From the NCBI GenBank assembly GCA_902604175.1, contig CACKXR010000002.1:5750-69749 (forward strand): 64,000 nucleotides of DNA. The letters are read 5' to 3'. The stretch is from an uncultured Pelagibacteraceae bacterium (lineage in GTDB: Bacteria > Pseudomonadota > Alphaproteobacteria > Pelagibacterales > Pelagibacteraceae). Both the position numbers and the translations under genes were made by a program. Within the stretch, counting starts at the first letter, position 1. Each line of letters begins with the position of its first letter. The notes beneath the pieces are model-generated. The model was given only the letters and a program-made list of their open reading frames with translations. It made no database searches and was not told the origin of the DNA. Of this stretch, positions 9,437 to 20,121 are shown piece by piece.

Positions 9437-10653
9437 TTTAAATTAAATATTTTTTTGCAGTTGTTAATTGAGTCATTTAATTTATCTAGATCGTCTTTCG
9501 TATTATAAATTCCAACAGAGGCTCTTGCACTTGCAGGTATATTTAATTTGTCATGTAAAATTTGACAACAGTGATGTCCTGCTCTTATTGCTACTCCATC
9601 TTCATCTAGTATAGTTGCGATATCATGTGGATGAACTCCTTTTAAAGTAAAAGATAAAACTCCACCTTTATTTTTAGGGCTACCAATCAATTTAACAGAG
9701 TTATTTTTTTGTAATAATTCTTGTCCGTATTCAACTAAATCAGCTTCGTGTTTCATAATATTTTCTATACCAATGTTTTCCATAAACTTAATTGATTCAT
9801 CAAAGGCAATGACTTGAGCAGTCGCCATTGTTCCTGCTTCATATTTATTTGGTAATTCACCATAAGAAATACTATCTTTTTTTACTTCACTGATCATTCC
9901 TCCACCACCTTGATAGGGAGGTAATTCCTCTAGCCATTTTTTTTTACCGTATAAAACACCAAGTCCTGTTGGTCCGTACATTTTGTGACATGATATTGCA
10001 TAAAAATCACAATCGAGATCTTGCATATTTAGTTTAAGATGTGGCGCGCCCTGGCAACCATCAATCACAACAAGTATACCTTTTGAATGTGCTAGATCAG
10101 TTATTTCTTTAATAGGTAGTATTGCACCCGTAACATTTGATAAATGTGTAATTGCTATCACCTTGGTTTTAGGTGTTATTTTTTTTTCAATTTCCTCTAA
10201 AGTAACTTCACCATCTTCATTCATTTCTGCAAAATTAATTTTGATATTTTTTGATTTTCTTAAAAAATGCCATGGAACATAATTTGAATGATGTTCAAGT
10301 TCAGTGATTAAAATTTCATCTCCTTCGTTTAAATAATTTTGTCCCAAGATATTTGCTACTAAATTTAATGCTTCGGTTGCACCTTTCGTAAAAACTATTT
10401 CATTTTTATCTTTAGCGTTAATATATTTTTGAACAGAGGATCTTGTATTTTCGTACAAATTAGTAGCTGCAACTGCAAGATAGTGAACACTTCTTCCAAC
10501 ATTTGAAAACTGTTTAGTATAAAATTCATTAATTCTATCTGCAACAACTTTAGGTTTTTGTGAAGAGTTTGCACTATCAAGGTAAACTAGATCATTATTC
10601 TGAATTTTTTCGTCAAATATTGGAAATTCTTTTTTTATATTTTCTATTTTCAT
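9433..10653 (-). CDS. sufS: cysteine desulfurase SufS
   Basis: YLDSA, EHHSN, SCHKMYGPTG (PLP lysine) and RAGHHC motifs. Confidence 0.95.
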   Translation of the reverse strand: MKIENIKKEFPIFDEKIQNNDLVYLDSANSSQKPKVVADRINEFYTKQFSNVGRSVHYLAVAATNLYENTRSSVQKYINAKDKNEIVFTKGATEALNLVANILGQNYLNEGDEILITELEHHSNYVPWHFLRKSKNIKINFAEMNEDGEVTLEEIEKKITPKTKVIAITHLSNVTGAILPIKEITDLAHSKGILVVIDGCQGAPHLKLNMQDLDCDFYAISCHKMYGPTGLGVLYGKKKWLEELPPYQGGGGMISEVKKDSISYGELPNKYEAGTMATAQVIAFDESIKFMENIGIENIMKHEADLVEYGQELLQKNNSVKLIGSPKNKGGVLSFTLKGVHPHDIATILDEDGVAIRAGHHCCQILHDKLNIPASARASVGIYNTKDDLDKLNDSINNCKKIFNLK

Positions 10654-11897
10654 TCTTTTATTCCAATCATATTTTTAATTAGATTTCTGATTTCTGAGTC
10701 TGTAATTTTTTCTACTACATCAAGTAAAAAACCATTAATTAAAAGTTCCCTTGCTTGATTGTAATTCAGCCCTCTAGACATTAAATAGAATATAGAGTCC
10801 TCGTTAAGACTTCCTGAGGCTGAACCATGTGAACATTTTACATCATCTGCATAAATTTCTAATTCAGGCTTAGCATTAAATTCTGAATCTTTATTTAGTA
10901 ATATTGCTTTACTAAGCTGGTATCCATCTGTTTTTTGTGCATCAGAATTTACAAATATTTTTCCTTGATATGCTGCTTTAGAACTATCTTCTAAAACACT
11001 TTTAATTAGTTGATAACTCTTAGTGTTTTCTGTCAAATGGTTTACAATTGTTCTTATTTCATGATGTTTATTATTATAGAGAGAAAAAATTCCATTGACG
11101 AAAGCTGATGAATGTTCACCTTTTAAATTACAATTTATTTCATTTTTGAAAAAATTTGATCCTGATGATAAAATAAACGTCTCTGAAATAGTATTTTTAT
11201 TTTGATCTATGTTATTAAAAGAATATTTAATATTTTTATTTTCTTGTTTATCTACTTTATAATTTTTTAGAATTGCATTTTCTTTTAAATTAAAGTCATA
11301 AAAAATATTAAAAAAATTCTTTTCTGAAGTATCATTAAATAAGTCAATCAATCTTAAGGAACTATCTTCTTCCAATTCAAAATCTAATCTTAAATTAATG
11401 TTTTTGGACCAAATTTTGGAATTAGATGTATGGTAAATAATAAGCGGTTTTACCAGCTGATAACCTTTTTTAATGACTATTTTAAAGGATTTATTGGTGA
11501 GTGCATTGTTTAAATCAGATAAAGAATTATTGTTATCAAATTTATTAATAGTTTCTGACTGATCAATTATTTCTATTTGTTCCTTTTTTTCATAGTTAAA
11601 ATCAATTTTTTCAATTCTGCCGTTTATAAATACTATTTTATTATGTTCTAATCCATCAACGAATTCAGAGGTATCAACCTTGTTAGTATATGTATAATCA
11701 TTATAAAAACTTAATTCCCCGATATTTTTTTTAATTATCTGATTAAGATCTGAGAATTTCCAATCTTCTTCTTTTCTATTAGGAAAACCTTTATTTAAAA
11801 AATTATCTAAAGAAAATTTTTTTATTTCAATATCTTTTTGAGATAAATTTAAATTTTTAACAGTATTATCAAAATCTTTTTGTAGTTGTTCTTTCAT
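10650..11897 (-). CDS. sufD: Fe-S cluster assembly protein SufD
   Basis: EDWKFS, KPELEIYADDVKCSHG and FYLMSRG motifs. Confidence 0.95.
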   Translation of the reverse strand: MKEQLQKDFDNTVKNLNLSQKDIEIKKFSLDNFLNKGFPNRKEEDWKFSDLNQIIKKNIGELSFYNDYTYTNKVDTSEFVDGLEHNKIVFINGRIEKIDFNYEKKEQIEIIDQSETINKFDNNNSLSDLNNALTNKSFKIVIKKGYQLVKPLIIYHTSNSKIWSKNINLRLDFELEEDSSLRLIDLFNDTSEKNFFNIFYDFNLKENAILKNYKVDKQENKNIKYSFNNIDQNKNTISETFILSSGSNFFKNEINCNLKGEHSSAFVNGIFSLYNNKHHEIRTIVNHLTENTKSYQLIKSVLEDSSKAAYQGKIFVNSDAQKTDGYQLSKAILLNKDSEFNAKPELEIYADDVKCSHGSASGSLNEDSIFYLMSRGLNYNQARELLINGFLLDVVEKITDSEIRNLIKNMIGIKE

Positions 11898-12632
11898 CTA
11901 ATTAAAACTTTCATATCCTTTTTTTTCTAATTCTAGAGCCAGATCTGGACCACCAGATTTAACAATCTTTCCATTCATTAAAACATGGACAAAGTCAGGC
12001 TTAATATAATCAAGCAATCTTTGATAATGTGTAATTATTAAAAATGAGTTTTTTTCGTTTCTTAAAGTATTAACTCCATCTGCCACAATTCTTAAAGCAT
12101 CTATGTCTAGTCCTGAGTCTGTTTCATCGAGAATTGAAAGTTTTGGGGATAACATTGACATTTGCAAAATTTCATTTTTCTTTTTTTCTCCCCCAGAAAA
12201 ACCAACATTTAATTGTCTATTTAATTTTTCCTCATCAAATTTAAGTTCTTTAGATTTTTCTCTAACTAATTTAAGGAATTCTATCGCATCAAGCTCTTTT
12301 TCACCTCTTGCTTTTCTGACTGCGTTTAGTGAAGTTTTTAAAAATATATTTGTGTTTACTCCAGGAATTTCTAACGGATATTGAAAAGCTAAAAAAATAC
12401 CTTTGTGGGCTCTTTCCTCTGTTTCAAGTTCAAATAGATCTTTGTCCTCAAATAGAACTTCACCAGAAACCTCATATCCTTTCTTTCCTGATAAAATATT
12501 AGATAAAGTACTTTTGCCTGATCCATTCGGTCCCATAATAGCATGAACTTCTCCAGGATTAACGTTTATTGAAAATCCTTTTAAAATTTCTTTATTATCT
12601 ATTTTAGCATTTAATTTATTTATTTTTAACAT
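11898..12632 (-). CDS. sufC: Fe-S cluster assembly ATPase SufC
   Basis: GPNGSGKST, FSGGEKK, LDETDSGLDID and ITHYQRLL motifs. Confidence 0.98.
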   Translation of the reverse strand: MLKINKLNAKIDNKEILKGFSINVNPGEVHAIMGPNGSGKSTLSNILSGKKGYEVSGEVLFEDKDLFELETEERAHKGIFLAFQYPLEIPGVNTNIFLKTSLNAVRKARGEKELDAIEFLKLVREKSKELKFDEEKLNRQLNVGFSGGEKKKNEILQMSMLSPKLSILDETDSGLDIDALRIVADGVNTLRNEKNSFLIITHYQRLLDYIKPDFVHVLMNGKIVKSGGPDLALELEKKGYESFN

Positions 12633-14074
12633 TAGCCCACACTACCTTCTAAACTAATCCCTACTAACTTTTGTGCCTCAACGGCAAATTCCATTGGTAA
12701 TTGTTGTAATACTTCTTTACAAAATCCATTTACAATTAAACCAACTGCTTCCTCCGCACTTAATCCTCTTTGTTGACAATAATGTAATTGTTCCTCACTT
12801 ATTTTAGAAGTTGTTGCTTCATGAGCTATATTTGACTCTGAATTTTTGTTTTTTATGTAAGGAACTGTGTGAGCACCGCATTTGTTACCCATCAATAGAG
12901 AATCACACTGGGTGTAATTATTTGAATTTGATGCCTTCGACGAAATATCAACCAATCCTCTGTAAGTCATGTCAGAAAATCCAGCACTTATTCCTTTTGA
13001 TATGATTTTGCTTTTTGTATTTTTTCCTAAATGGATCATTTTAGTGCCTGTGTCAGCTTTTTGGTGATTATTAGTAATGGCAATTGAATAAAATTCTCCA
13101 ACAGAGTTATCACCTTTCAAAATACAACTAGGATATTTCCATGTAATTGCAGATCCAGTTTCAACTTGTGTCCATGATATTTTAGAATTCTTTCCTTTGC
13201 ATAAACCTCTTTTAGTAACAAAGTTATATATTCCACCTTTTCCATCTTTATCACCCGGATACCAATTTTGAACTGTTGAATATTTTATTTCAGCATCATC
13301 AAGAGCAACTAATTCAACATTTGCTGCATGTAATTGATTTTCATCTCTCATAGGAGCTGTACAACCTTCTAAGTAACTAACGTAGCTTCCTTTGTCAGCA
13401 ATAATTAAAGTTCTTTCAAATTGACCTGTATTAGATGCATTTATTCTAAAATATGTTGAAAGTTCCATTGGACATCTAACGCCCTCTGGAATGTAAACAA
13501 ATGAACCATCTGTAAAAACTGCTGAATTTAAAGTTGCAAAAAAATGATCAGTTAATGGAATTACAGAACCTAAATATTTTTTAACTAATTCTGGGTGATT
13601 TTGAATTGCTTCTGAAATTGGACAAAAAATTATTCCTTGTTTTATCAATTCTTCTCTAAAAGTAGTTGCAACTGAAACTGAATCAAAAACAGCATCAACT
13701 GCAATACCATTTAATCTTGCTTGCTCTTGAAGAGGTATTCCTAACTTTTTATATGTTTCTAAAAGTTTAGGATCTAATTCATCTAAGCTTTTTGGTTTAT
13801 CATCCATACTTTTAGGTGCAGAATAATAATATAAATCTTGATAATCTATGTTAGGATATTTTGGTTTTTGCCAATCTGGTTCTTTTAATTGTTTAAATCT
13901 CTCAAAAGCTTTTAATCTAAAATCAAGCATCCATTGTGGTTCTTTTTTAATATTAGAAATAAATTTAATTACATCCTCGTTTAAACCCTTGGGTGCTCTT
14001 GTATTTTCTATATCAGTTGAGAAGCCGTATTTATAATCTTTTAATTTGTCAATTTCTTTTTGTCTATTTTCCAT
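12632..14074 (-). CDS. sufB: Fe-S cluster assembly protein SufB
   Basis: [24 protein letters not shown] and HEATTS motifs. Confidence 0.98.
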   Translation of the reverse strand: MENRQKEIDKLKDYKYGFSTDIENTRAPKGLNEDVIKFISNIKKEPQWMLDFRLKAFERFKQLKEPDWQKPKYPNIDYQDLYYYSAPKSMDDKPKSLDELDPKLLETYKKLGIPLQEQARLNGIAVDAVFDSVSVATTFREELIKQGIIFCPISEAIQNHPELVKKYLGSVIPLTDHFFATLNSAVFTDGSFVYIPEGVRCPMELSTYFRINASNTGQFERTLIIADKGSYVSYLEGCTAPMRDENQLHAANVELVALDDAEIKYSTVQNWYPGDKDGKGGIYNFVTKRGLCKGKNSKISWTQVETGSAITWKYPSCILKGDNSVGEFYSIAITNNHQKADTGTKMIHLGKNTKSKIISKGISAGFSDMTYRGLVDISSKASNSNNYTQCDSLLMGNKCGAHTVPYIKNKNSESNIAHEATTSKISEEQLHYCQQRGLSAEEAVGLIVNGFCKEVLQQLPMEFAVEAQKLVGISLEGSVG

Positions 14075-14075
14075 C

Positions 14076-14501
14076 TTAATTAACCCGTTCTGAATTATTT
14101 TTTAACAAATCCTGTAAACTTTTCTTTTCAAAAAAAGTATTAATATGAGTTTCTAATTCATCCCAAAGATTATGTGTTACGCATTTAGTTGCTTTACCAT
14201 TGCAGCCTTTTTTTGATTCTTTTTTACACTGAACAGTTTTAACTTTTTCATCAACTGCATTTAAAATATTAGTAAGTTTTATTTCGTTTGGTTTTTTTGA
14301 TAAAAAATATCCACCTTGGGTTCCTCTAGTACTTTTCACAATTTGATTTTTTTTTAGTTTTGAAAAAATTTGTTCCAAATAATCTAAGGAAATTCCTTGT
14401 CTTAATGAAATATCCCTCAAAGATACTGGATTAATAGTATCGAACCTTGCAAGATCAACTAATGCCATAACGGCGTATCTACCTTTTGATGTTAATTTCA
14501 T
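14076..14501 (-). CDS. iscR: Rrf2 family Fe-S regulator IscR
   Basis: [24 protein letters not shown], plus three Cys and a His (C..C..CVTHNLW) as cluster ligands; heads the suf operon. Confidence 0.9.
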   Translation of the reverse strand: MKLTSKGRYAVMALVDLARFDTINPVSLRDISLRQGISLDYLEQIFSKLKKNQIVKSTRGTQGGYFLSKKPNEIKLTNILNAVDEKVKTVQCKKESKKGCNGKATKCVTHNLWDELETHINTFFEKKSLQDLLKNNSERVN

Positions 14502-14524
14502 ATTACCCTATAAATTGAAGGCTT

Positions 14525-14556
14525 TTTATACATACCTGACTAAAATGGTCAAGTTT
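14525..14556 (-). promoter_or_regulatory. IscR type-1 operator overlapping the iscR-suf promoter
   Basis: ATACCTGACTAAAATGGTCAAGTTT (14532-14556) fits the IscR type-1 consensus ATASYYGACTRWWWYAGTCRRSTAT with few mismatches. The minus strand reads TTGACC-N16-TATAAA. Confidence 0.8.
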
Positions 14557-14639
14557 AGACTTAAAAAAAAAAACTAACATTTTGTCGCTTAGTTGTGATA
14601 AACGTAACTTTTTTTTGAGAATAATAATCAATTGCGCTT

Positions 14640-15296
14640 ATGGATAACAAAATTTTAGAAATATTTATTCCAGGTCCTGCTGGACGTCTTGAAGCTAAAT
14701 ATTTTAAAAGTAAAAAAAATACATCCCCTGTAGCATTAGTATTACAACCTCATCCACAATATGGAGGAACCATGAATAACAAGGTTGTAGTAGATACATT
14801 TCATACATTTATGGACAATGATTTTTCTGTTTGTAGAGTAAACTTTAGAGGAGTTGGAAAGAGTGATGGAGAATTTGATAATGGTCAAGGAGAACTAGCA
14901 GATGCAGCTGCAGCGTTGGATTGGTTGGAAAGAGAAAATTTTGATAATTCACAATGTTGGGTGTCTGGTTTTTCTTTTGGATCACTTATAGCTATGCAAC
15001 TATTAATGCGAAGACCTGAAATAAATAGATTTATAGCTATTTCTCCTCAACCTAACGTTTATGATTTTTCTTTTTTGTCTCCATGTCCTACATCCGGAAT
15101 GGTAGTTTATGGTAAAAAAGATGAATTGGTTCCAGTAGAGTATATTTCTGAATTAGATAAAAGACTGAGCGCACAGAAAGGTATAAAAGTTGAATTTAAT
15201 ACTATTGCTGATGCTAATCATTTTTTTTCAAAAAGCGATAATGTATTAATTAAAACTCTAGATAAATACATTAAAAAAGAAACTGCACTTTATTAA
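14640..15296 (+). CDS. alpha/beta hydrolase (conserved, divergent from iscR)
   Basis: GPAGRLE, PHPQYGGTM, NFRGVG, GFSFG nucleophile elbow, D..V and ANHFF motifs. Confidence 0.9.
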   Translation: MDNKILEIFIPGPAGRLEAKYFKSKKNTSPVALVLQPHPQYGGTMNNKVVVDTFHTFMDNDFSVCRVNFRGVGKSDGEFDNGQGELADAAAALDWLERENFDNSQCWVSGFSFGSLIAMQLLMRRPEINRFIAISPQPNVYDFSFLSPCPTSGMVVYGKKDELVPVEYISELDKRLSAQKGIKVEFNTIADANHFFSKSDNVLIKTLDKYIKKETALY

Positions 15297-16435
15297 AAAT
15301 TTTCTACTAGTTTACCACCTATGCTCGGCTCTTTGCATCCTGTTGTAGCTGGAAATGAAATGGGTAAATTTAAAAAAGATCTAATAGCTAAATATCCAAA
15401 TGCCTGTGACTCAATATGATCACCATTGAAACCATATTTGTCTATGTTATCTAAAACATAATTATTTTTATTATCTAGATTATCCTTAATATAATCAAGT
15501 AAGGCAATATTTTTCCTACCCCCTCCTGAAATTAAATATTTAATTTTATTATCAGTAGCTGTATTTTCTATACCTTTTGCTATTAGATAGCCTGTAAAGT
15601 TAGTTATTGTTGAGCAACCATTTTCAAATGAAAGACCTCTAGCAAAGGAGTTATCAAAGTCTTTAACATCTAAAGACTTTGAGTAAGAGTCTATTTTAAA
15701 ATTATCAATAATTTGATTAGTAATTAATTGATCAATTTTACCAGCTTTTGAAAAATTTCCATTTTCATCAAATTTTTTATTTGAATTTTTTCTAACCCAG
15801 TCATCTATCAAGCAATTTCCAGGACCTAAATCAAAAGCAGCAATATTTTCTTCAAGGTTACTCGACTTACTTTTAATATTCGTAAGATTTGTTATTCCTC
15901 CAATATTAATAAATCCTATTGGAAATCCTGTTTTAAATTTTTCATTAATAATATTGGATAAAAGATAATGGAATATTGGGGTTAAAGGAGCTCCTTGTCC
16001 TCCATTTTCTATATCTTTTTGTCGAAAGTCATAAACTACCTTTTTTTTTAATAATTGAGATAAAAGATTTCCATCTCCGAGTTGTTTTGTAATTTTTTTT
16101 TGTGGGTTATGAAATATTGTTTGGCCATGAAAACCAATTAAATCAATCTCATTCTTATATTCTAATAATATATCATTAATTTTTTCAGCGTGAAAAACTG
16201 TGATTTTTCTCTCTAAATTTACTAATTCCTCTGAATTTTTTAACAAATCATTTTGATTTAATACTAAGTTTCTTAATCTAATCAATTCTGCTTGAAGATC
16301 CGCATCATACTCAAAATACTCATCCAAAATGTTGTGAAATTCATATTGTCCATCTGACTGTATTATTGATATATCAACTCCATCCATTGAAGTTCCACTC
16401 ATTAATCCAATAGATGTATATAATTTCTGTTTCAT
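15293..16435 (-). CDS. anmK: anhydro-N-acetylmuramic acid kinase
   Basis: GLMSGTSMDGVD, GFHGQT, GGQGAPL, NIGGI, FDLGPGN and GGGRKN motifs. Confidence 0.95.
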   Translation of the reverse strand: MKQKLYTSIGLMSGTSMDGVDISIIQSDGQYEFHNILDEYFEYDADLQAELIRLRNLVLNQNDLLKNSEELVNLERKITVFHAEKINDILLEYKNEIDLIGFHGQTIFHNPQKKITKQLGDGNLLSQLLKKKVVYDFRQKDIENGGQGAPLTPIFHYLLSNIINEKFKTGFPIGFINIGGITNLTNIKSKSSNLEENIAAFDLGPGNCLIDDWVRKNSNKKFDENGNFSKAGKIDQLITNQIIDNFKIDSYSKSLDVKDFDNSFARGLSFENGCSTITNFTGYLIAKGIENTATDNKIKYLISGGGRKNIALLDYIKDNLDNKNNYVLDNIDKYGFNGDHIESQAFGYLAIRSFLNLPISFPATTGCKEPSIGGKLVENF

Positions 16436-16480
16436 TGATATTCTTTTTGTTAAAAATTTGTATATTGTAACTATAGTCTT

Positions 16481-17707
16481 ATGAATAAATTTTTAAAAGA
16501 ATTTAAAGAGCGTGGATATTTTTACCAATGTACTAGTGAGGATGAATTATCAAATTTACTTAATAAGGAAAAAATAAAGGCTTATATAGGTTTTGATTGT
16601 ACAGCAGAAAGTTTGCATATTGGAAGCTTGCTGCAAATAATGTGTTTGAGATTGCTTCAAAAAAATGGACATCGTCCTATAGTCTTATTAGGAGGTGGAA
16701 CTACAAGAATTGGTGATCCATCAGGAAAAGATAAAACAAGAAAGATTTTAAGTGAAGAAGAAATCGAAAAAAATATTAAAAATATTAAAAATATTCTTAA
16801 AAAATTTTTAGATATTGACGACCCAAATACTAAACCTATTTTTGTAAATAATTTTAATTGGTTAAAAAATTTAAATTATATTTCTTTTTTAAGAGATATT
16901 GGAAAACACTTTACTATCAACAGAATGTTAACTTTTGATAGTGTTAAATTAAGATTGGATAGGGAACAATCACTAAGTTATATGGAATTTAATTATATGA
17001 TTTTACAAGCATATGATTTTTTAGAATTGAATAAAAAAGAAAAATGTGTCTTACAAATAGGTGGTTCCGATCAATGGGGTAACATAGTAAATGGTGTTGA
17101 GCTCATAAAAAGGTACTCTAATAATCAAACTTTTGGTTTAACTACTCCTCTAATTACTTTAGCCAATGGAGCAAAAATGGGTAAAACAGAAAATGGTGCA
17201 GTGTGGCTAGATGAAAAGTACCTGTCTGCATATGATTATTGGCAATTCTGGAGAAATGTTGATGACAGAGATGTAATCAAATTTTTAAAAATGTTTACTG
17301 ATCTTGACATCAGTGAGATAGAAAAATTAAAGGGAAATAATATAAATGAATTAAAAATACTGCTTGCAAATAAAACTACATCACTACTTCATGGCCAAGA
17401 GGCTGCAAAAAATTCAGAGCAAGCTGCCAAAGAAGCGTTTTCTGGAGACTCACTTGGTTCAAATTTACCCTCTGTTAATATTTCATTAAAAAACATTGAA
17501 AACAAAAGTATTATAGATCTTATTTTTCTATCAAAGTTAGAGAGTTCTAAAAGTGAGATTAGAAGACTTTTAAAAGGAAATGCTATAAAAATTAATGATA
17601 ATACTGTGTCTGAGGAAAAATTTGTTATTAGTCGAGATCTATTTAGAGAAAATTACCTTAAATTGTCTATTGGAAAAAAAAGACATATTAAAATTGAAAT
17701 TAATTAA
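16481..17707 (+). CDS. tyrS: tyrosine--tRNA ligase
   Basis: YIGFD, HIGS, QIGGSDQWGN, KMGKT and a C-terminal S4-like domain. Confidence 0.98.
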   Translation: MNKFLKEFKERGYFYQCTSEDELSNLLNKEKIKAYIGFDCTAESLHIGSLLQIMCLRLLQKNGHRPIVLLGGGTTRIGDPSGKDKTRKILSEEEIEKNIKNIKNILKKFLDIDDPNTKPIFVNNFNWLKNLNYISFLRDIGKHFTINRMLTFDSVKLRLDREQSLSYMEFNYMILQAYDFLELNKKEKCVLQIGGSDQWGNIVNGVELIKRYSNNQTFGLTTPLITLANGAKMGKTENGAVWLDEKYLSAYDYWQFWRNVDDRDVIKFLKMFTDLDISEIEKLKGNNINELKILLANKTTSLLHGQEAAKNSEQAAKEAFSGDSLGSNLPSVNISLKNIENKSIIDLIFLSKLESSKSEIRRLLKGNAIKINDNTVSEEKFVISRDLFRENYLKLSIGKKRHIKIEIN

Positions 17708-20121
17708 TTTTTTTTAATTTTTTCTATTGTGCGAGTTATAAATCTTGGAGTTAATGTCTTTATAGGATTAACAGTAGTCTCAAGATTTTTTGGTGGTCCT
17801 TTGATTTTAAAACTAACCCCAAAAACTCCCTCGCCTGTTTTATCTCCAACTAAAATTTTTCCAAGCACAGGTATTGAGCTTATTGTTTTATTTATGGTAG
17901 TTGCTGGAACAAGTGTTCCTCTTAAACTAATAAGCTTATTTTCCTCTACATACCCATTCATTAATACAGAAATCGCTGGACCAATTGCATAAATCTCATC
18001 AATCGTCATTAAACTACCTTCATTTTTGAAATTCATCTCAAATTCATCAAATCTTATTCCTTCTCCAGATAAAATATCTGCAATACCCTGAAGAGAGGCA
18101 AGAGTGAGTATTTTTGTTAAAACAGGTAATTCCTTAAGTTTAAAATCATATAACTTTAGTGTTGATTTAGAAATATTATTTCTTTTGGATGAATAGAAAT
18201 CAAGAGATCCCTCTTCAAATCCTTTAATAAATTTATATCTTTTTACTAATGGTTTGGCCCTAGAGGAGTATAGTGTAGTAATTTTATTATTATCCACATC
18301 AGTATTAATCGTAAATGAAATATTTTGATTATTACTAAAAAATGCTGATAGGTTTGCATCTATAATATTATTATTCTCAATAAATAAATTTCCTTTGACG
18401 TCTGAAATATAATTAATTTTATCTAAAAAAACTTCTTCTAAATTTATATTTAAAACGATATTATTTAGTAAGATATTATTTCTTTTTTTTTTATTACTTT
18501 TTAAAAGACCTTTAATTAAGGTATTAGAATTAAAACTTAAGCCATTTAGATTATATTTATTTTTTTCTATTCTCTTTATTAAATACTTATTTAACTTATT
18601 TTCAATATCTAGATAATCAAATTCAACATAGTCAACACTCTTAATTAAATTATTTTTATTAAAGATTAGATTATTTAATTTTATTTTATTATTGTCCTCT
18701 AAAATAGCAAAATTATTTATAGATAAACTTTTACCTACTTCATAATGACCTTCGATTTTTAATTTAGTATTTTTTTTATTTTTATTCTTATAATTTAAAA
18801 AATTTAATTCAAAATTTGTTTTATCTAAATTTAAATCTAAATCGAAATTAATATTTTTGTCATTTGTTAATATCTGATATTTTATATTTTCAAATTCATT
18901 GTCAACTTTTATTTCACCGACACCTAATAGTGAGAATTCTTTACCATTATATTTAATAATTAAATTTTGATTTTTAAAATTAATATACTCACTCTTCGAA
19001 GGAAAAAAGGTTTTTAAAAAGTCTTGTTTTTTAAAATTAATACTATCTAAAATCAAATTTGATTGGATGTTAAAATTTTGGTCATTTTTTTTAAATACAT
19101 AATCAATTTTATTATAATTTTCCTCTAATTTTATTTCACCTTCACCACTTATAGATAATAATTTTTTATTGTACTCTAGTTTTAATTGATGATTTTTTAA
19201 AAAAATTTCATCATTTACTTTTGGGAAATAATCTGAAAAATAACTTTCTTTTTTATATTTAATTTGATTTAAATTTATATCGGATTTAATAAATATATTA
19301 TTTAGTTTAAATTTTTTATTTATTTCAAATTTAAAATTATTATTTGAGCTGAAAATAGAATTTTCAAAATTTAAATTTTTTAAATTTATATTAATTATTT
19401 TTAAAAAGTTTTCAGATAAATTAGATTGTTTATTTTCAATAATTCCATCCACATAAAAGATATCTTTATCATGCTTAATATTTACCTTTTTTGAAAAAAA
19501 ATTTATTTCATTTGTCGTAAACTTTAAGTTTTGGAATTTAAATAACTCTTGGTTTATATCGAATTTAAAATTAATTTTTTCGAAAGAATAATTATTGAAT
19601 AATTGAATTTTTCCATCTTTAATTGATCCCTTTATTTCATAGTCATCTTTTATTTTACCGTTTTCATCATAATTAATTTTTAAATCAAAAATAACATGAC
19701 CTTTTTTAACAATTTTTTCTAGGATAAATAATTCTGGTCCCTGATAAGCTGCCCTCACAAATTTTATGAGGTCATTAAGTGCTAGTGTTCTTGATACTAT
19801 TTCAAGATTTGATGAGACAAATTTATTTTTGATTATTGAGGAAAGAGAAACTTCAGTTTTTATGTATTCTAGTTCAAGAGGTGTTTTAAAATAATAAATC
19901 TTAGCTCCAACTGTTTTAGCATTAAATTTCAATTTGATAGGATCTAATTTTAATTTCATTTTTTTTAGATCCAAATTTAAATTTGTATTATTCTTTTTGA
20001 CTATATTTTTTATCTGCTCATTAAAAATATTTGTTTCTAATCCAATCGTACTCAAGAAAATTATTGGTAAGAGAAATAGAGTTATAATTATTGCAAAGTA
20101 CTTTAAAAAACTCTTTTTCAT
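17704..20121 (-). CDS. AsmA-like / YhdP-type bridge-like lipid-transfer protein
   Basis: N-terminal TM anchor and beta-rich body. The C-terminus (LASLQGIADILSGEGIRF...GTLVPA...SIPVLGKILVG...GVFGVSF...VNPIKTLTP) is typical of AsmA-like C-terminal domains. It occupies the usual alphaproteobacterial position next to tyrS. Confidence 0.75.
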   Translation of the reverse strand: MKKSFLKYFAIIITLFLLPIIFLSTIGLETNIFNEQIKNIVKKNNTNLNLDLKKMKLKLDPIKLKFNAKTVGAKIYYFKTPLELEYIKTEVSLSSIIKNKFVSSNLEIVSRTLALNDLIKFVRAAYQGPELFILEKIVKKGHVIFDLKINYDENGKIKDDYEIKGSIKDGKIQLFNNYSFEKINFKFDINQELFKFQNLKFTTNEINFFSKKVNIKHDKDIFYVDGIIENKQSNLSENFLKIININLKNLNFENSIFSSNNNFKFEINKKFKLNNIFIKSDINLNQIKYKKESYFSDYFPKVNDEIFLKNHQLKLEYNKKLLSISGEGEIKLEENYNKIDYVFKKNDQNFNIQSNLILDSINFKKQDFLKTFFPSKSEYINFKNQNLIIKYNGKEFSLLGVGEIKVDNEFENIKYQILTNDKNINFDLDLNLDKTNFELNFLNYKNKNKKNTKLKIEGHYEVGKSLSINNFAILEDNNKIKLNNLIFNKNNLIKSVDYVEFDYLDIENKLNKYLIKRIEKNKYNLNGLSFNSNTLIKGLLKSNKKKRNNILLNNIVLNINLEEVFLDKINYISDVKGNLFIENNNIIDANLSAFFSNNQNISFTINTDVDNNKITTLYSSRAKPLVKRYKFIKGFEEGSLDFYSSKRNNISKSTLKLYDFKLKELPVLTKILTLASLQGIADILSGEGIRFDEFEMNFKNEGSLMTIDEIYAIGPAISVLMNGYVEENKLISLRGTLVPATTINKTISSIPVLGKILVGDKTGEGVFGVSFKIKGPPKNLETTVNPIKTLTPRFITRTIEKIKKN
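18847..19290 (-). repeat. degenerate tandem duplication (2 x 74 aa) inside the AsmA-like gene
   Basis: YFP...LKNHQLKLEYN...SISGEGEIK is repeated as FFP...FKNQNLIIKYN...SLLGVGEIK. The GEI-coding ATTTCACC recurs at 18911 and 19133, 222 nt apart. Confidence 0.8.

Noticed and set aside
14563-14573. Long A/T homopolymers (here and e.g. near 25423 and 36871) as phase-variation tracts
   Set aside because: Such runs are common at this base composition, reading frames are intact and there is no evidence of length variation.
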